A stretch of 58,080 nucleotides of DNA, filler included, from Bdellovibrionales bacterium RIFOXYD12_FULL_39_22 (GCA_001770205.1; 2 parts of 2 records of this genome joined end to end with filler, not necessarily neighbours in it), one strand, 5' to 3'. Numbered from the whole stretch's first letter, positions 32,587-43,057 are shown. Made by a program: numbers and translations. Notes: generated from the letters alone by a model not told the origin.

Positions 32587-34199
32587 GTTTAGAAAAAAAA
32601 TTATTAGATTATTTTTCCGATCGATTAATCGCAGGAGTAGCTAGTTTTGAAATAACCTTAAGCGATGTTGTTTATGTTGAAGAGTTACAATTTTTACGCG
32701 AGGAATGTAATTGTCTTATATTGAAAGATCTTTGTGCAGTAAAAAGTAGTTCTGATTTATCCAGGCCTTCTGTGTCAAGCGGAGTGCCGGCCATCGTTTA
32801 TATTTTATATAGCTTTGAGATGAGTACCACAATTTCCGCCAAATTATTGCTGAAGGATGAATCACAGGCGTTCTTTTTAAAGTCAGTTAATCGGATATGG
32901 CCAAATGCCAGTTGGTATGAGCAAGAAATTATTAACTATTTTCGCTTGGAAAGTAAGAGTGCAACCAATCAAAAAATATCTCTTGCGGAGAAAGAAGGAG
33001 AGATGGAAATTTCTCCATTAATTAGTAAGTATGAAGGCCGCCGCCATAAGTGGATACCTATGGGCCCAAATAATAGCGGTAATTTGGGAAATTTTAAAGT
33101 TGATTTTTTATTGGATGCTGAAAAAGTAATTGATGTAAAAATTGAAACGGGCATGGCGCACCGAGGGATAGAAGAGTTATGTGAAACTTTACGCTATGGC
33201 CAGATCGTCGCGTTAATGGAACGTCTTGATTGTAACTCCCCCTATCCTCCGGCCATTGGTTGGTGTCGTTCGGTGGAGAGTATGATGCAATTGACAATTC
33301 CGCAAAGAGCACAGGCCTTGCGAATGATTTTTTTGGAGCTAGCTCGCGTGGCCGATCATCTTTTTTTCTTTTCTATATTTTTGGATAATTTGGCGATTGT
33401 TGATGCCAAGAAATTTTTTCTAAATTTACGTGCGCAAGTAGTAGGGCTCTATCGTAGCTATGGAGAAGGTCTGGTGTTATCTTCTTCGGTGGTAATTGGC
33501 GGAATGGCGCGTAATTTACCAACTGGATGGATTTCAGAATGTTTCAATATGATTAAAAACGTAGCGGAGGGAATCAATCGCTTTGATAAAAAAATCGTTT
33601 CTTCGCGAATATTTAGAGAGCGAACAAAAATTTGTGAGATCAGTGGTGCTCAGGCCATATCCTGGGGGTATTCAGGCCCAAATCTGCGAGCAAGTGGTGT
33701 CAACTATGATTTGCGCAAAGTATCTCCGTACTATTTTTATAAAGATGTTGATTTTGAGATTCCGCTGGGTATTTATGGTGATTGTTATGATCGCTATTTG
33801 GTGCGAGTAGAAGAGGTTAGGCAAGCTTTGCGCATCATTGGACAAATTATTGACTACATTCCTACAGGAGCGTTTTTACTTGAAGATACGCAAGTTATGT
33901 TGTCCGATAAAAGTAAAATTAAAACAAGCTTTACTCACCTTATCGATTTCACCTCTTTGGGATTAGGTGGAGTGAAAGTTCCTCCTTCAGAAATTTATCA
34001 GAGCGTAGAGACCAGCGCTGGTGAGTTAGGATTTTTTATTGTTGCGGAAGGAACAGAGCGGCCTGCTCGCGTTAAGATTCGTTCCGCCTCCTACGCTCAC
34101 CTACAATCTTATCGTTACATCGCGCAAGGTTTTGACTTAAGTGGCGCGTTAACTATTTTAGCGTCTTTAAATATTAGTGCTAACGAAATGGATAGATAA
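32583..34199 (+). CDS. nuoCD: Fused NuoC/D-like subunit (divergent)
   Basis: WPNASWYEQE (C part); HRGIE, ELARVADH, GPNLRASGV.YDLRK, GDCYDRY, GELG, C-terminal EMDR. Confidence 0.85.
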   Translation: MSLEKKLLDYFSDRLIAGVASFEITLSDVVYVEELQFLREECNCLILKDLCAVKSSSDLSRPSVSSGVPAIVYILYSFEMSTTISAKLLLKDESQAFFLKSVNRIWPNASWYEQEIINYFRLESKSATNQKISLAEKEGEMEISPLISKYEGRRHKWIPMGPNNSGNLGNFKVDFLLDAEKVIDVKIETGMAHRGIEELCETLRYGQIVALMERLDCNSPYPPAIGWCRSVESMMQLTIPQRAQALRMIFLELARVADHLFFFSIFLDNLAIVDAKKFFLNLRAQVVGLYRSYGEGLVLSSSVVIGGMARNLPTGWISECFNMIKNVAEGINRFDKKIVSSRIFRERTKICEISGAQAISWGYSGPNLRASGVNYDLRKVSPYYFYKDVDFEIPLGIYGDCYDRYLVRVEEVRQALRIIGQIIDYIPTGAFLLEDTQVMLSDKSKIKTSFTHLIDFTSLGLGGVKVPPSEIYQSVETSAGELGFFIVAEGTERPARVKIRSASYAHLQSYRYIAQGFDLSGALTILASLNISANEMDR

Positions 34200-35680
34200 T
34201 GGAAAAGGATAAAGGGAGTGAAATAGTTATTGAGTTGGATGGACTCATGATAAAGTGTTCGGAAGGAGAAAATCTTGCGGAAGTTTTGCAAGGTGCTCAG
34301 ATTCCCATAATTCGTCTCTGTTGCGAAGAATCCACTAACAATCGTGGCCATTGTAATCTTTGTCTGGCGGAAAATTGCGTTACCGGAGAAATCTTTCGCA
34401 CCTGCGAAGTGACGATAAACTCGGAAATGCATCTTTCGGTAAATTCTAAACAAGTGCAGATTGCCATTAAAGAATCCATGGCAAAATTGTTGTCTGGCCA
34501 TCCGGCACTTTGCAATGAGTGTATTAAGTTAGGGGAGTGTCAATTGCAGGAAAGCTTTCGCAAGTTACCATTTGAATTAGCGCAGAAAATTACTATTTTT
34601 GCAAGCAAGGAGTCTAAAGGCCAGATTGTGGATCTGGGAAAAAATATTGTCTTTGATGAAAAATTTTGCATTGCTTGCGGACGTTGTGTGGCGTTTTTGG
34701 CCAATTTTACAAAGAGCAATGAAATTAGGCCACCAGTTGAAAATGAAGATGAATGGCGTCGTCCTTTGCCTTCACCTTTAAAAAATGAGTATGTATTAAA
34801 TTTGCCAGAGCTTTGTCCAACTGCCGCGTTATCAGAAGTTACAAATAGTCGCCCTTCTCCTCTTCCTTTGCCTTATTCTCACACCACTATTTGCATTGGT
34901 TGCCCTGCTACTTGTCCGGCCACCTTAGAGTTTGATAATTGGGGGCCAGTCCGTCTACGTCCGATTCCATCCTCGATGAAAAAAAGTCGCTGGATGTGTG
35001 ATTTTGGGAGAAAAATTGTTGGTGGATACAAATATACCCAGCGGTTACATGAAATTGTTGAAAATTATAACGGATCTTTTTCAGTAACGGAGGTCGGCCC
35101 TTTAATTGAAAGAATACGCAGAAGAGATTTGAAACTAGTTTTACCGCTGGATTTGTTCAACGAGGAGTATGAATTTTTCTTCAAGATGGCAAAAAAGTAT
35201 TCTTTTAAAATATCTTTTTTTAAATGGCCCAATAGTGGAGCAGATTTTGATGGGATTTTAAAACGTGGAAGTCATAATTGTAATGAAAAAGGAATGGAGG
35301 CGGTTTGGAAACGTTTTCGTGATTTTGGGTTAGTCTTAGCGGAAGAGCAATTTTTTGAAGGCCTAAGTAAGACAGATGTTGTTTTGATGGTATTGCCGGA
35401 GATTATTAGCGATTCCAACTTCCTTTTTGATTATGTTGGGCGACTGGGGCGAGCAGATTTTAAGGTGGCCTTTTCAGTTACTGATTCGTTGCATGTTCAG
35501 AAAGAATTTAATTATCTTTTTCCGGCCAGTGCTTTTTTTGAAAAAAATGGCACAGTGACAAATGTTTATGGAGAGGATTCTGTTTTGCGTTTTGCAAACT
35601 GGCCATTTGAAAAACAATTTTTTAAAGAGCGAGGGGAGAGTTTGATTACCAGGCATCTCTCCTCTATATTGGGAACCTAG
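34199..35680 (+). CDS. nuoG: Shortened NuoG-like Fe-S protein
   Basis: GHCNLC, HPALCNEC..GECQLQ, CIACGRC...CPTAAL, CIGCPATC...C; weak C-terminal PASAFFEKNGT. Confidence 0.8.
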   Translation: MEKDKGSEIVIELDGLMIKCSEGENLAEVLQGAQIPIIRLCCEESTNNRGHCNLCLAENCVTGEIFRTCEVTINSEMHLSVNSKQVQIAIKESMAKLLSGHPALCNECIKLGECQLQESFRKLPFELAQKITIFASKESKGQIVDLGKNIVFDEKFCIACGRCVAFLANFTKSNEIRPPVENEDEWRRPLPSPLKNEYVLNLPELCPTAALSEVTNSRPSPLPLPYSHTTICIGCPATCPATLEFDNWGPVRLRPIPSSMKKSRWMCDFGRKIVGGYKYTQRLHEIVENYNGSFSVTEVGPLIERIRRRDLKLVLPLDLFNEEYEFFFKMAKKYSFKISFFKWPNSGADFDGILKRGSHNCNEKGMEAVWKRFRDFGLVLAEEQFFEGLSKTDVVLMVLPEIISDSNFLFDYVGRLGRADFKVAFSVTDSLHVQKEFNYLFPASAFFEKNGTVTNVYGEDSVLRFANWPFEKQFFKERGESLITRHLSSILGT

Positions 35681-35685
35681 ATTTT

Positions 35686-36159
35686 ATGATTTTGAAAAAA
35701 AAATTATATAGAAAAGTTGGAATGTTTGCAGAGATTTTTTTATCTTCTGTGCAGAGAGGGATGGCCTTTGTTTCGTTTTCTTTGAAGAGGACTAAGCATG
35801 ATCAAACTAAAACACAAAAAATAGATGAGAAAAAAATAGATGCTTGGCCAATGTTAATTAAGAAGGAAGATGAAAATGGCCAGGAGTCACTGCTGTGTAA
35901 CGGTTGTATGCTTTGTCAGATAAATTGTCCTTCTTCGGCCATACACATTATACCCTATGATGGAAATATTTTGGCATCTCCTCCTCAAACGCGGCAAGCA
36001 CTTAGTTTTGAATTAGAAGTCTTAAGATGCGTAAATTGTCGGCAATGCGTAGAGATATGTCCGATAAATGCTATTAAGTTTACCACGCACGATTATTTTT
36101 CTGCGGGAGATATGTCTAAGGAGTGGATGCTAGATCATTATAAGCTAATTGGTGAGTAA
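35686..36159 (+). CDS. nuoI: NuoI-like 2x[4Fe-4S] protein
   Basis: CNGCMLCQINCP and CVNCRQCVEICP. Confidence 0.8.
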   Translation: MILKKKLYRKVGMFAEIFLSSVQRGMAFVSFSLKRTKHDQTKTQKIDEKKIDAWPMLIKKEDENGQESLLCNGCMLCQINCPSSAIHIIPYDGNILASPPQTRQALSFELEVLRCVNCRQCVEICPINAIKFTTHDYFSAGDMSKEWMLDHYKLIGE

Positions 36160-36370
36160 CTGACACCAGTTTGGCAAATTTGGTTTCAAAGTGACACTGA
36201 ATTTCTAATAAAAAATCTTATCCTGTCAAAAATCTTTACAGCAATTTTGTAGGTGTGTAATGTTTTCTTGCTTGTGGTGAAAAACACCTACTGAAGATCA
36301 TTTGTATGATATAAACGGGGTGATTGGCACCGGCCAGCATTCAACAGTTTTTTTGCCATTAGGAGACTTT

Positions 36371-39300
36371 ATGATTACCAAAACTAAATTTTTTCTTCTC
36401 GGGTCCTTAGTATTTCTGCTCTCCTCAAATCTATTTGCGAGATTTGATGTACGCCACGATAGTTGGCAGCGAGAGTTTATTGGAACGCCAACCTTTAGGT
36501 TAAGCGATGATCCGGAGCTCATGAATAAAGAGCGTGCAGTGGCAGAACATCAGGAAAGATTAAGAAGAGCGCAAGCAGAACTTAGCACTTTACAACAAGA
36601 AGTGGAGCGAATTCGTGAAAATCTGGAACAGCATCGCACAACACTACAGACAGTAGTGGCAAAAGAGGCAGAATTGGCCGGACAAAAAAACCAGCTACAA
36701 CAGAGTATTCAGGCCGCCCATCAACGTGTGACGGCCTTGGCCGCCACTATCGAAGAGCAAAAGCAGGCATTAGCAACTGCAACTGCCGCTATCGCAGAGG
36801 CGCAGCAACAAGTGGCCACCGCAGAACAAAGTGTAAAACAATCAGAAAATCAGTTAGAAAAAGTTAAGGCCGAGTTGGCGGCCGCAATGGCCGAGTGTCA
36901 AGCAACTGCAACTCAAAATTGCGCGCAAACAGAAAAAGTTAAAAAAGCACAGGCGAGAGTCGATAATGTGACTACCAAAATTGCTAACCAAAAAAGTTTG
37001 CTCAAGTTGGCACAAGATAATCTTGTAAAAAAGGAAAATCAAAAAAACAAGGCCGAAGAGTTGTTAAAGAGAACGCAAGTAGAAAGACAAACTTTGATTG
37101 CTAGCGTTCCAGCGATGAAAGCACAAATTGACGCCATAGAGGCACAAAGAGAGCAAAATCGCCAAAAACAAGCACAAGTGGAACAAAAGATTGCAACTAT
37201 TCAAAGTAATTTACAAAATAAGCGGCGAGAAATGGAGGCCGCGCAAAATTTGCAATCAAGAGCACAGTTTGCTTTGGATAATGCCATCAACCAAAAAGAG
37301 GTTTATCAAGATGAACTCATTCAACGAATTTTGGAAGTTAACCATCTAGGTGCCAATCATGGTGCTCAATCCGGCGATTACGACGGATACGAGATATCTC
37401 GAATTGAAGGCGAGCGTTATGGTAATCAAGATGGATTAAGAGACGGAGAAGATGATGGCCGAACACGCGATTATCGTGCAGGTTATCAGGAAGGTTTAAA
37501 AATAGGAAAGGAGCGAGCACGTGTACAGGGTGAAATTGATGGTACTCGAGAAGGTAAGATCCGTGGAAATCAAGAGGCCGCAAGCAGAGAAGGCGCGGTG
37601 GCCGGAACTATTCGAGCTAAAAATTCTGATGCTTCTTTGGTGGGGGATAAGCAGGGCGCAGTTGCTGGATTAAAACGCGCAGAGGTAACTGGTGAGCGAG
37701 TAGGAACACCGCAAGGTGAGAAGAAGGCCATTGATCAGTACGAAGCAGTTCCTCTTGCCAATAAAGAGATTCAAGGTGATTTTGCCGGACTATTTTCTCG
37801 CAATGTTCCAAATTATCCCGGCCCATCATATCGTTCATATAACACCAATGAAGCAAATCGCTACCCACGAAGAGTGGTGCAGTTGGCGTATGTAAACGGA
37901 TACGACTTTGCTTATATCGATAGATCTAGTTCAATTTTTTATAATACAATCGCCAACAACTACAACGGGCGATATGATGTGGCGTATAACGATACTTATG
38001 CTCGTTATTACAAAGACAGCAATGATGCGGGAACAAAGGCCGGAGATTTAGAGGCCTACAATACCAATTATCCAACATATAAAAGTCAATATTTTGAAAG
38101 TGCCAGACTATACTATGAGATGAATCCTGAGCGCAGCAGCAGTGAGTATATGTCAACGTACAAGACTGTTGAGCAGAACTCTTTTGCTGCAGAGTATGAG
38201 CGAATTAGACTTGAAAGCTACAAGGCATCAGAACAAGCAACCTTTAATAGTAACATTGCGGCGCAAACAGAAAAATTCAGCGCCAAACGATTTGCGGAAG
38301 TTGAATCTATTTACAAAAATTTTCCAGTGCTAAAATTTGTTTCACGCTCCTTGATTGATTCTGGAATTAGTGGCGTGGCCGGAAAAGATGGAGTCTTCCA
38401 GCCAGGAGAGAGTATAATAAGTGATATTACAGTTATTAACTATGGCCAGAAAATTGCGGCCGGATTGGCGCTAGATGTAGATGGCAGTCAAATAACCATT
38501 AATGGCGTAGAAGGTAATTCTATGACCACCGTTAAAGGTGCCCTAAAGTCAAGCTTGTCGGCCAGTGCCCCAATTGGTTCAACGATCAAGACTGAAATGA
38601 TTTTAAAGTATAGTTTGAAGTCTAATGATAAAAAAATTGAAGGCCGTTATTTTGTTTCGGCAGAAGGCCTGCTAGGAACGGATTCAAAACAGCTACGAGT
38701 GGCCTATCCGCTAGCTATGACTGGTTTAACAACCAAGGGACAATTAATTTTTGAAGAGAAGAATGGATTAAAATTACGAGTGGTGAATAATTCTTCTCGT
38801 AGTTATGTTGGACCCATTACCGTTACAGTTGAGGCCGATAGTGTAGATAATATTATTACTAAGGATTTTTCGGCCATTGCACAATTGGACAAGGCCGTTG
38901 ATTTGGCCGATGCAGAGGTTATTGTTTCTAATGATCGCGATCTTTATCGACCACTAACTTTCCGTGCCAAATTATCGCAAGCTGGCGTGACACTTGGAGT
39001 TTTAGATGCTCCTCTTACTACCATGGTGAAGGCGCAATATATTGAGCGCGGCGATGCGCCAGTATTAGTGGTAAACTCAGATATTACCACTCGAGATCTT
39101 TTGGACATAGTTGCTGAACTGGGAGGCCCTGCTTCCGTATCAGTTCTAGATACTTCATTAGAAAGCAGAAATGCCCAGTATTTGAATAATGGTTTTACCA
39201 ATAAGGCCATAATGGTTTTAGATGACGGAAATCGTTCGGTTATTTCTAAAGTGGGTAACATTGTAGAAAAATCAGTCTCCTCTTCACTAGTTGCTATTAC

Positions 39301-40039
39301 CCGCACAGAAAATGGCCTAGCACTAATGGAGCAATTACCAGGACTAGTTGACGCGAGCAGGTTGTTGTTGGCCATCCCAGGAATCGGCGATAAAATTCGC
39401 TTGGATAGTACTAACCCACACCGAGTACCACGTCTTAAGGCCCCGATGATTATTTTACAAGCGACAATGGATGACTGGGAGAAGAAGTTGGCGGTAAGCA
39501 AGATTATGAAAGTTAGTGCTACTGCTCACCTGAATATGATTCGTGAGAAGATAACCAGACAAAACTTTTTCAATGCAGATGTCGAAGAAGCTCAACTGTT
39601 ACAACTTTTCAATATTAGAATGTTGGCCGAAATAATGATTTTAAACATAGCTCATGACAAATCTAAAGGCGGCCTATTTAATATGGGGAAAGATCCAAAA
39701 TGGGTCAAGATTATGGAGAACGATAGCAATATGTCGCTTCATAAGTTGCGCGCAGTGGTTCAAGGTGAAAGATTAAATGAGCAGAATTTGGCAATTAGTT
39801 TACTAGCAAAAAACAGTGTCTTCACTTTACATAATGCTTTTAATCTCTATGAACCTTTGAAAAAAGAGATAACTTCCGGTATGGCCGGCGCGATAGAGAA
39901 GATTCGTCGAGATATGGATGGTTCTGCGGAAGAAAAGTTAAAAAACTATGATCGCGGAATGCTTGATTTAATCAAAAGAAAGCTGGCAATCTATACTCCC
40001 TTTGTTCCGGGAGTAGAAGCACCAAGCTACGATCAATAG
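36371..40039 (+). CDS. Large secreted protein: coiled coil, GxxxG repeats, Tyr-rich helix and beta-rich C-terminal domains
   Basis: SD AGGAG before ATG 36371; signal peptide; long Q/A/E/K heptads; G at every 4th residue (GDYDGYEI, GNQDGLRDGEDDG). Confidence 0.85.
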   Translation: MITKTKFFLLGSLVFLLSSNLFARFDVRHDSWQREFIGTPTFRLSDDPELMNKERAVAEHQERLRRAQAELSTLQQEVERIRENLEQHRTTLQTVVAKEAELAGQKNQLQQSIQAAHQRVTALAATIEEQKQALATATAAIAEAQQQVATAEQSVKQSENQLEKVKAELAAAMAECQATATQNCAQTEKVKKAQARVDNVTTKIANQKSLLKLAQDNLVKKENQKNKAEELLKRTQVERQTLIASVPAMKAQIDAIEAQREQNRQKQAQVEQKIATIQSNLQNKRREMEAAQNLQSRAQFALDNAINQKEVYQDELIQRILEVNHLGANHGAQSGDYDGYEISRIEGERYGNQDGLRDGEDDGRTRDYRAGYQEGLKIGKERARVQGEIDGTREGKIRGNQEAASREGAVAGTIRAKNSDASLVGDKQGAVAGLKRAEVTGERVGTPQGEKKAIDQYEAVPLANKEIQGDFAGLFSRNVPNYPGPSYRSYNTNEANRYPRRVVQLAYVNGYDFAYIDRSSSIFYNTIANNYNGRYDVAYNDTYARYYKDSNDAGTKAGDLEAYNTNYPTYKSQYFESARLYYEMNPERSSSEYMSTYKTVEQNSFAAEYERIRLESYKASEQATFNSNIAAQTEKFSAKRFAEVESIYKNFPVLKFVSRSLIDSGISGVAGKDGVFQPGESIISDITVINYGQKIAAGLALDVDGSQITINGVEGNSMTTVKGALKSSLSASAPIGSTIKTEMILKYSLKSNDKKIEGRYFVSAEGLLGTDSKQLRVAYPLAMTGLTTKGQLIFEEKNGLKLRVVNNSSRSYVGPITVTVEADSVDNIITKDFSAIAQLDKAVDLADAEVIVSNDRDLYRPLTFRAKLSQAGVTLGVLDAPLTTMVKAQYIERGDAPVLVVNSDITTRDLLDIVAELGGPASVSVLDTSLESRNAQYLNNGFTNKAIMVLDDGNRSVISKVGNIVEKSVSSSLVAITRTENGLALMEQLPGLVDASRLLLAIPGIGDKIRLDSTNPHRVPRLKAPMIILQATMDDWEKKLAVSKIMKVSATAHLNMIREKITRQNFFNADVEEAQLLQLFNIRMLAEIMILNIAHDKSKGGLFNMGKDPKWVKIMENDSNMSLHKLRAVVQGERLNEQNLAISLLAKNSVFTLHNAFNLYEPLKKEITSGMAGAIEKIRRDMDGSAEEKLKNYDRGMLDLIKRKLAIYTPFVPGVEAPSYDQ

Positions 40040-40080
40040 TAGTGAGATAGTGTTTGGAGATTAAAGCTATTAATGCAACA

Positions 40081-40962
40081 ATGATTTCAACAAAGGGTAA
40101 GTTTAATGCTTACCCTTTGTTGCTTTTTTTTATCCTTTTTTTATCCTACGATGCGTTAGCTGTTGGGCCGCAGGCCATATCGCTGGCACTTCTAGACACC
40201 GGCCATTGCATAAAAAAGCTTGCAAATTTAAATAACGATAGATCTGTAATTAAAATTGTAGAGGCGCAAGATGCCACAAGGGGAAGGCCGGCAGTAGTAG
40301 ATTGTGAAAAGGCCCAGGTGCGAGATAAAAAATATCATGGATATTTTATGCTGCAATCATTAGTGGGGGAGTTAAAAAAATTATCAACTCCAGCGTATTT
40401 GATTACTATTGTGCCTATTCAAATTTTTGATAAAGAAGGCATAAGTAAAAGTGCCTATTGGGAGACGGCCTTGCAATTGGCAAAAAAAGAAAAAGTAGAT
40501 TTTGTTATCGCTGCCGCCGGAATTGCCTTTGATCCGCATCAAAAGCAACAATTAGAAAGCACTTTTTGGCAAGATTTTACTTTGCCCATTTTTCTTTCTG
40601 CCGGAAATTGGGGAGGAAAAATAAAAGAGAAGATGCAGTTATGGCCGCAAGTTTTGCATCGGCCCAACATGATTGTGATTGGTGACTATCTGGGGCCCAA
40701 CGGGAATGGGCAGATTTTTTTTAATAAAAGCTTGCTTAACGTGGAGATAATTGATTACTACTTTCCTTCTCAGCATCCGGACTATTTGCTAACTGGAAAT
40801 TCACTCGCAGTTAGCTTGGCCTTTTCTGGCATGTTAAAGGTGTGTAGTAGCGCGGAGGTGTTAGGAGAAGGGAATAAGCTTGAAGGTTGTTTAAAGGCGA
40901 AAAAGAAAACACTTAAAATTTCAGCACCGGCAAAATTTCCAGAAAAGTATTTTACATATTAA
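40081..40962 (+). CDS. Subtilisin-like (S8) serine peptidase, divergent
   Basis: LLDTG, YHG, SAGN and TGNSLA in S8 order; signal peptide. Confidence 0.7.
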   Translation: MISTKGKFNAYPLLLFFILFLSYDALAVGPQAISLALLDTGHCIKKLANLNNDRSVIKIVEAQDATRGRPAVVDCEKAQVRDKKYHGYFMLQSLVGELKKLSTPAYLITIVPIQIFDKEGISKSAYWETALQLAKKEKVDFVIAAAGIAFDPHQKQQLESTFWQDFTLPIFLSAGNWGGKIKEKMQLWPQVLHRPNMIVIGDYLGPNGNGQIFFNKSLLNVEIIDYYFPSQHPDYLLTGNSLAVSLAFSGMLKVCSSAEVLGEGNKLEGCLKAKKKTLKISAPAKFPEKYFTY

Positions 40963-41096
40963 ATAATAGTTTCAGCTATTGCTCTTTTATCAAATACCGA
41001 AAATTTTGTACTAGATAAATCTACTTGACTTGTTAAGAACAAATGGCCATCCTTTTTTTTATATAAAATAGTTTAGTTTTTTATGTAAAGGATTAT

Positions 41097-42413
41097 ATGC
41101 AAAACCAAAACATCAAGTCTGGCAGACAATTTTTTGTTATTTTACTATTTTCTTGCCTATTTTTTTCTTTTACTCCTAAGCGTTTTTCTTACCAATCGTC
41201 AGATTGGAATGAATGGGAAGATGGCAAGATTTGTCGAGGAACCTGGTACCATGTTGCTCCGGATGGTGATTTGTATGGGCTTGCAGAGGCCGATATTCGC
41301 AATAACAAAGATACTTGTTTTTTGTGGTGCAATAAGCGCATTGGAGACCCGAATGCAGGCGAGGTAGATGGTGCCTATGGCCGGGGCTGTCAGTGGTATG
41401 AGATGGATGGGGTGAAAAATTGTAGAGTAGGGGAATCGGAAAAATGCGAAGTATGGAGTGGTGGAACAATTTTGCAGTGTCGAGGATTAAAAGATAGTTC
41501 AGTAATATATCCTCCCGCGGCAATTGATAAAAGTCCGAACTGGGCCTGGGTTGATGGACATAGATGTCCTGGCCAAGAGCAGAAAAAACTTAATCCAAGC
41601 GCAACAGCACGCTTTGATGCTTTTGATCTAGGCCTAACGACAGAGAAGATGGGATCTGCAGATTGCTTGGAGTGGTGCGCCTACGTTATAAATAATGGAA
41701 CGTCATCAGATCGAGAAAAATATCGGACTGCCAACGGCTGTCAATTTAGTAGCAGCGAGAAATCTTGCATACTATTTAAAAAAGAATATTCAGCTGATTT
41801 TGATCTTGCCACGGATGCTGACACTTCGGCCCCTGGAGTTTCATGTAAGTTTTTTCCACCCACAGAAAATCCTCCTCCTCCCAGGGCGCGAGCGGTAGGC
41901 GGCAAAGGGGCCTCCGAGCCGGCCAAAAAAGATCAAGTGACACAGTTGGCAGGAAAATTTGATGAAATTATTAACGATCCCGCTATGGCCTCAAGCATTG
42001 CTTCTTTATTAGATGCCGTGACTGCCATAAAAGCAAAAATTAATGCAGTAAGGGGAACAGATTATGGGGAAAATCATTGTGGTAAGACGACCGCAATAAC
42101 AGCTCCATCTGAATTTTTGGTAAAAATGGTTAGCGATATTCCGTTAGCAGAGGATTGTCAAAAAAGTTGGTGTCCAGTTAGTACCGCGGATATTGAAGAG
42201 TTAGGCCAAAAAGCGAGAAGTCTTAAGAGTTTTAATTTTCCTGGAAAGGTGCAGGCACTAACTGCGTGGCTAGAGGCCGTCAAGGGACAGATGGAGAAGT
42301 TCAGTTCTTGTCATAGCGGCATCACCTGTCCAGATTTGCGTAACAACCCTATGGCCGATTGCACAGATAAAGAGACAAATGAGCCGCCTTGTTATTTTTA
42401 TTGTGGCGATTAA
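41097..42413 (+). CDS. Secreted Cys-rich protein with two internal repeats (PAN/apple-like)
   Basis: Repeated W.W.DG..C.G ... C..WC ... GCQ ... C; signal-like N-terminus. Confidence 0.75.
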   Translation: MQNQNIKSGRQFFVILLFSCLFFSFTPKRFSYQSSDWNEWEDGKICRGTWYHVAPDGDLYGLAEADIRNNKDTCFLWCNKRIGDPNAGEVDGAYGRGCQWYEMDGVKNCRVGESEKCEVWSGGTILQCRGLKDSSVIYPPAAIDKSPNWAWVDGHRCPGQEQKKLNPSATARFDAFDLGLTTEKMGSADCLEWCAYVINNGTSSDREKYRTANGCQFSSSEKSCILFKKEYSADFDLATDADTSAPGVSCKFFPPTENPPPPRARAVGGKGASEPAKKDQVTQLAGKFDEIINDPAMASSIASLLDAVTAIKAKINAVRGTDYGENHCGKTTAITAPSEFLVKMVSDIPLAEDCQKSWCPVSTADIEELGQKARSLKSFNFPGKVQALTAWLEAVKGQMEKFSSCHSGITCPDLRNNPMADCTDKETNEPPCYFYCGD

Positions 42414-42461
42414 TTTTTATCGTAGAGTATTTTATTTATTAGATGTGTGGAGAAAAATTAT

Positions 42462-43034
42462 ATGAAAAAGGGATCTAAAATAATAGGAATGTATTCAGTG
42501 GTGATATTTTTACTTTTACATATTACCCCTTCTATTGTGGCCGCTGGTACATGCTCTGCAGTGCCTCCTAACTGTGGAAGTGGAACGCCCAAGTGCGGAA
42601 GTACTGGATGGCTCTGCGAACCCAGTTACGAAAAAATTATTGAGGGGCTAACAGCATTAGAAAATGCACTTAAAGGAACTCTGCCAACGGGAAATGCCGT
42701 TAAATCCTGGGCAAATCCGTCTGGAAAAAATCCTGGTGGCGGGAGTGCTCTTTCTACCCAATCTCTTAATTCGCTAATTGGTGAGGTGAATCGTTTCATT
42801 AGTTTTTATAATGGTATTATGCAAGAAGTTAAAGATTCACAAATTACTCCAGATATTAAGGCCTCAGTTGACGTTTTTATAAACAGTGGTAATTATGAAA
42901 AGCATACTGCCTGCAGAATTGGAGCAACAGTGGGCGGTTTTAGCTGTCAAGAATGTTGTCAGACAAGTCCATGTTATTCTGGATGCTCTTGTAATCCACC
43001 GAAGTATAATACTCTTCCATGCTCTTCTAATTAA
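42462..43034 (+). CDS. Secreted Cys-rich hypothetical protein
   Basis: Signal peptide; Cys clusters at both ends. Confidence 0.75.
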   Translation: MKKGSKIIGMYSVVIFLLLHITPSIVAAGTCSAVPPNCGSGTPKCGSTGWLCEPSYEKIIEGLTALENALKGTLPTGNAVKSWANPSGKNPGGGSALSTQSLNSLIGEVNRFISFYNGIMQEVKDSQITPDIKASVDVFINSGNYEKHTACRIGATVGGFSCQECCQTSPCYSGCSCNPPKYNTLPCSSN

Positions 43035-43057
43035 TAAACTAATCTAAATTAAAAAAA

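Noticed and set aside
32583..34199. Group 4 NiFe-hydrogenase large subunit
   Set aside because: Lacks both Ni-binding CxxC motifs and ends EMDR like NuoD
36223..36241. CTGT...ACAG as a LexA box
   Set aside because: The spacer is 11 nt rather than 8, and the downstream gene is not SOS-like
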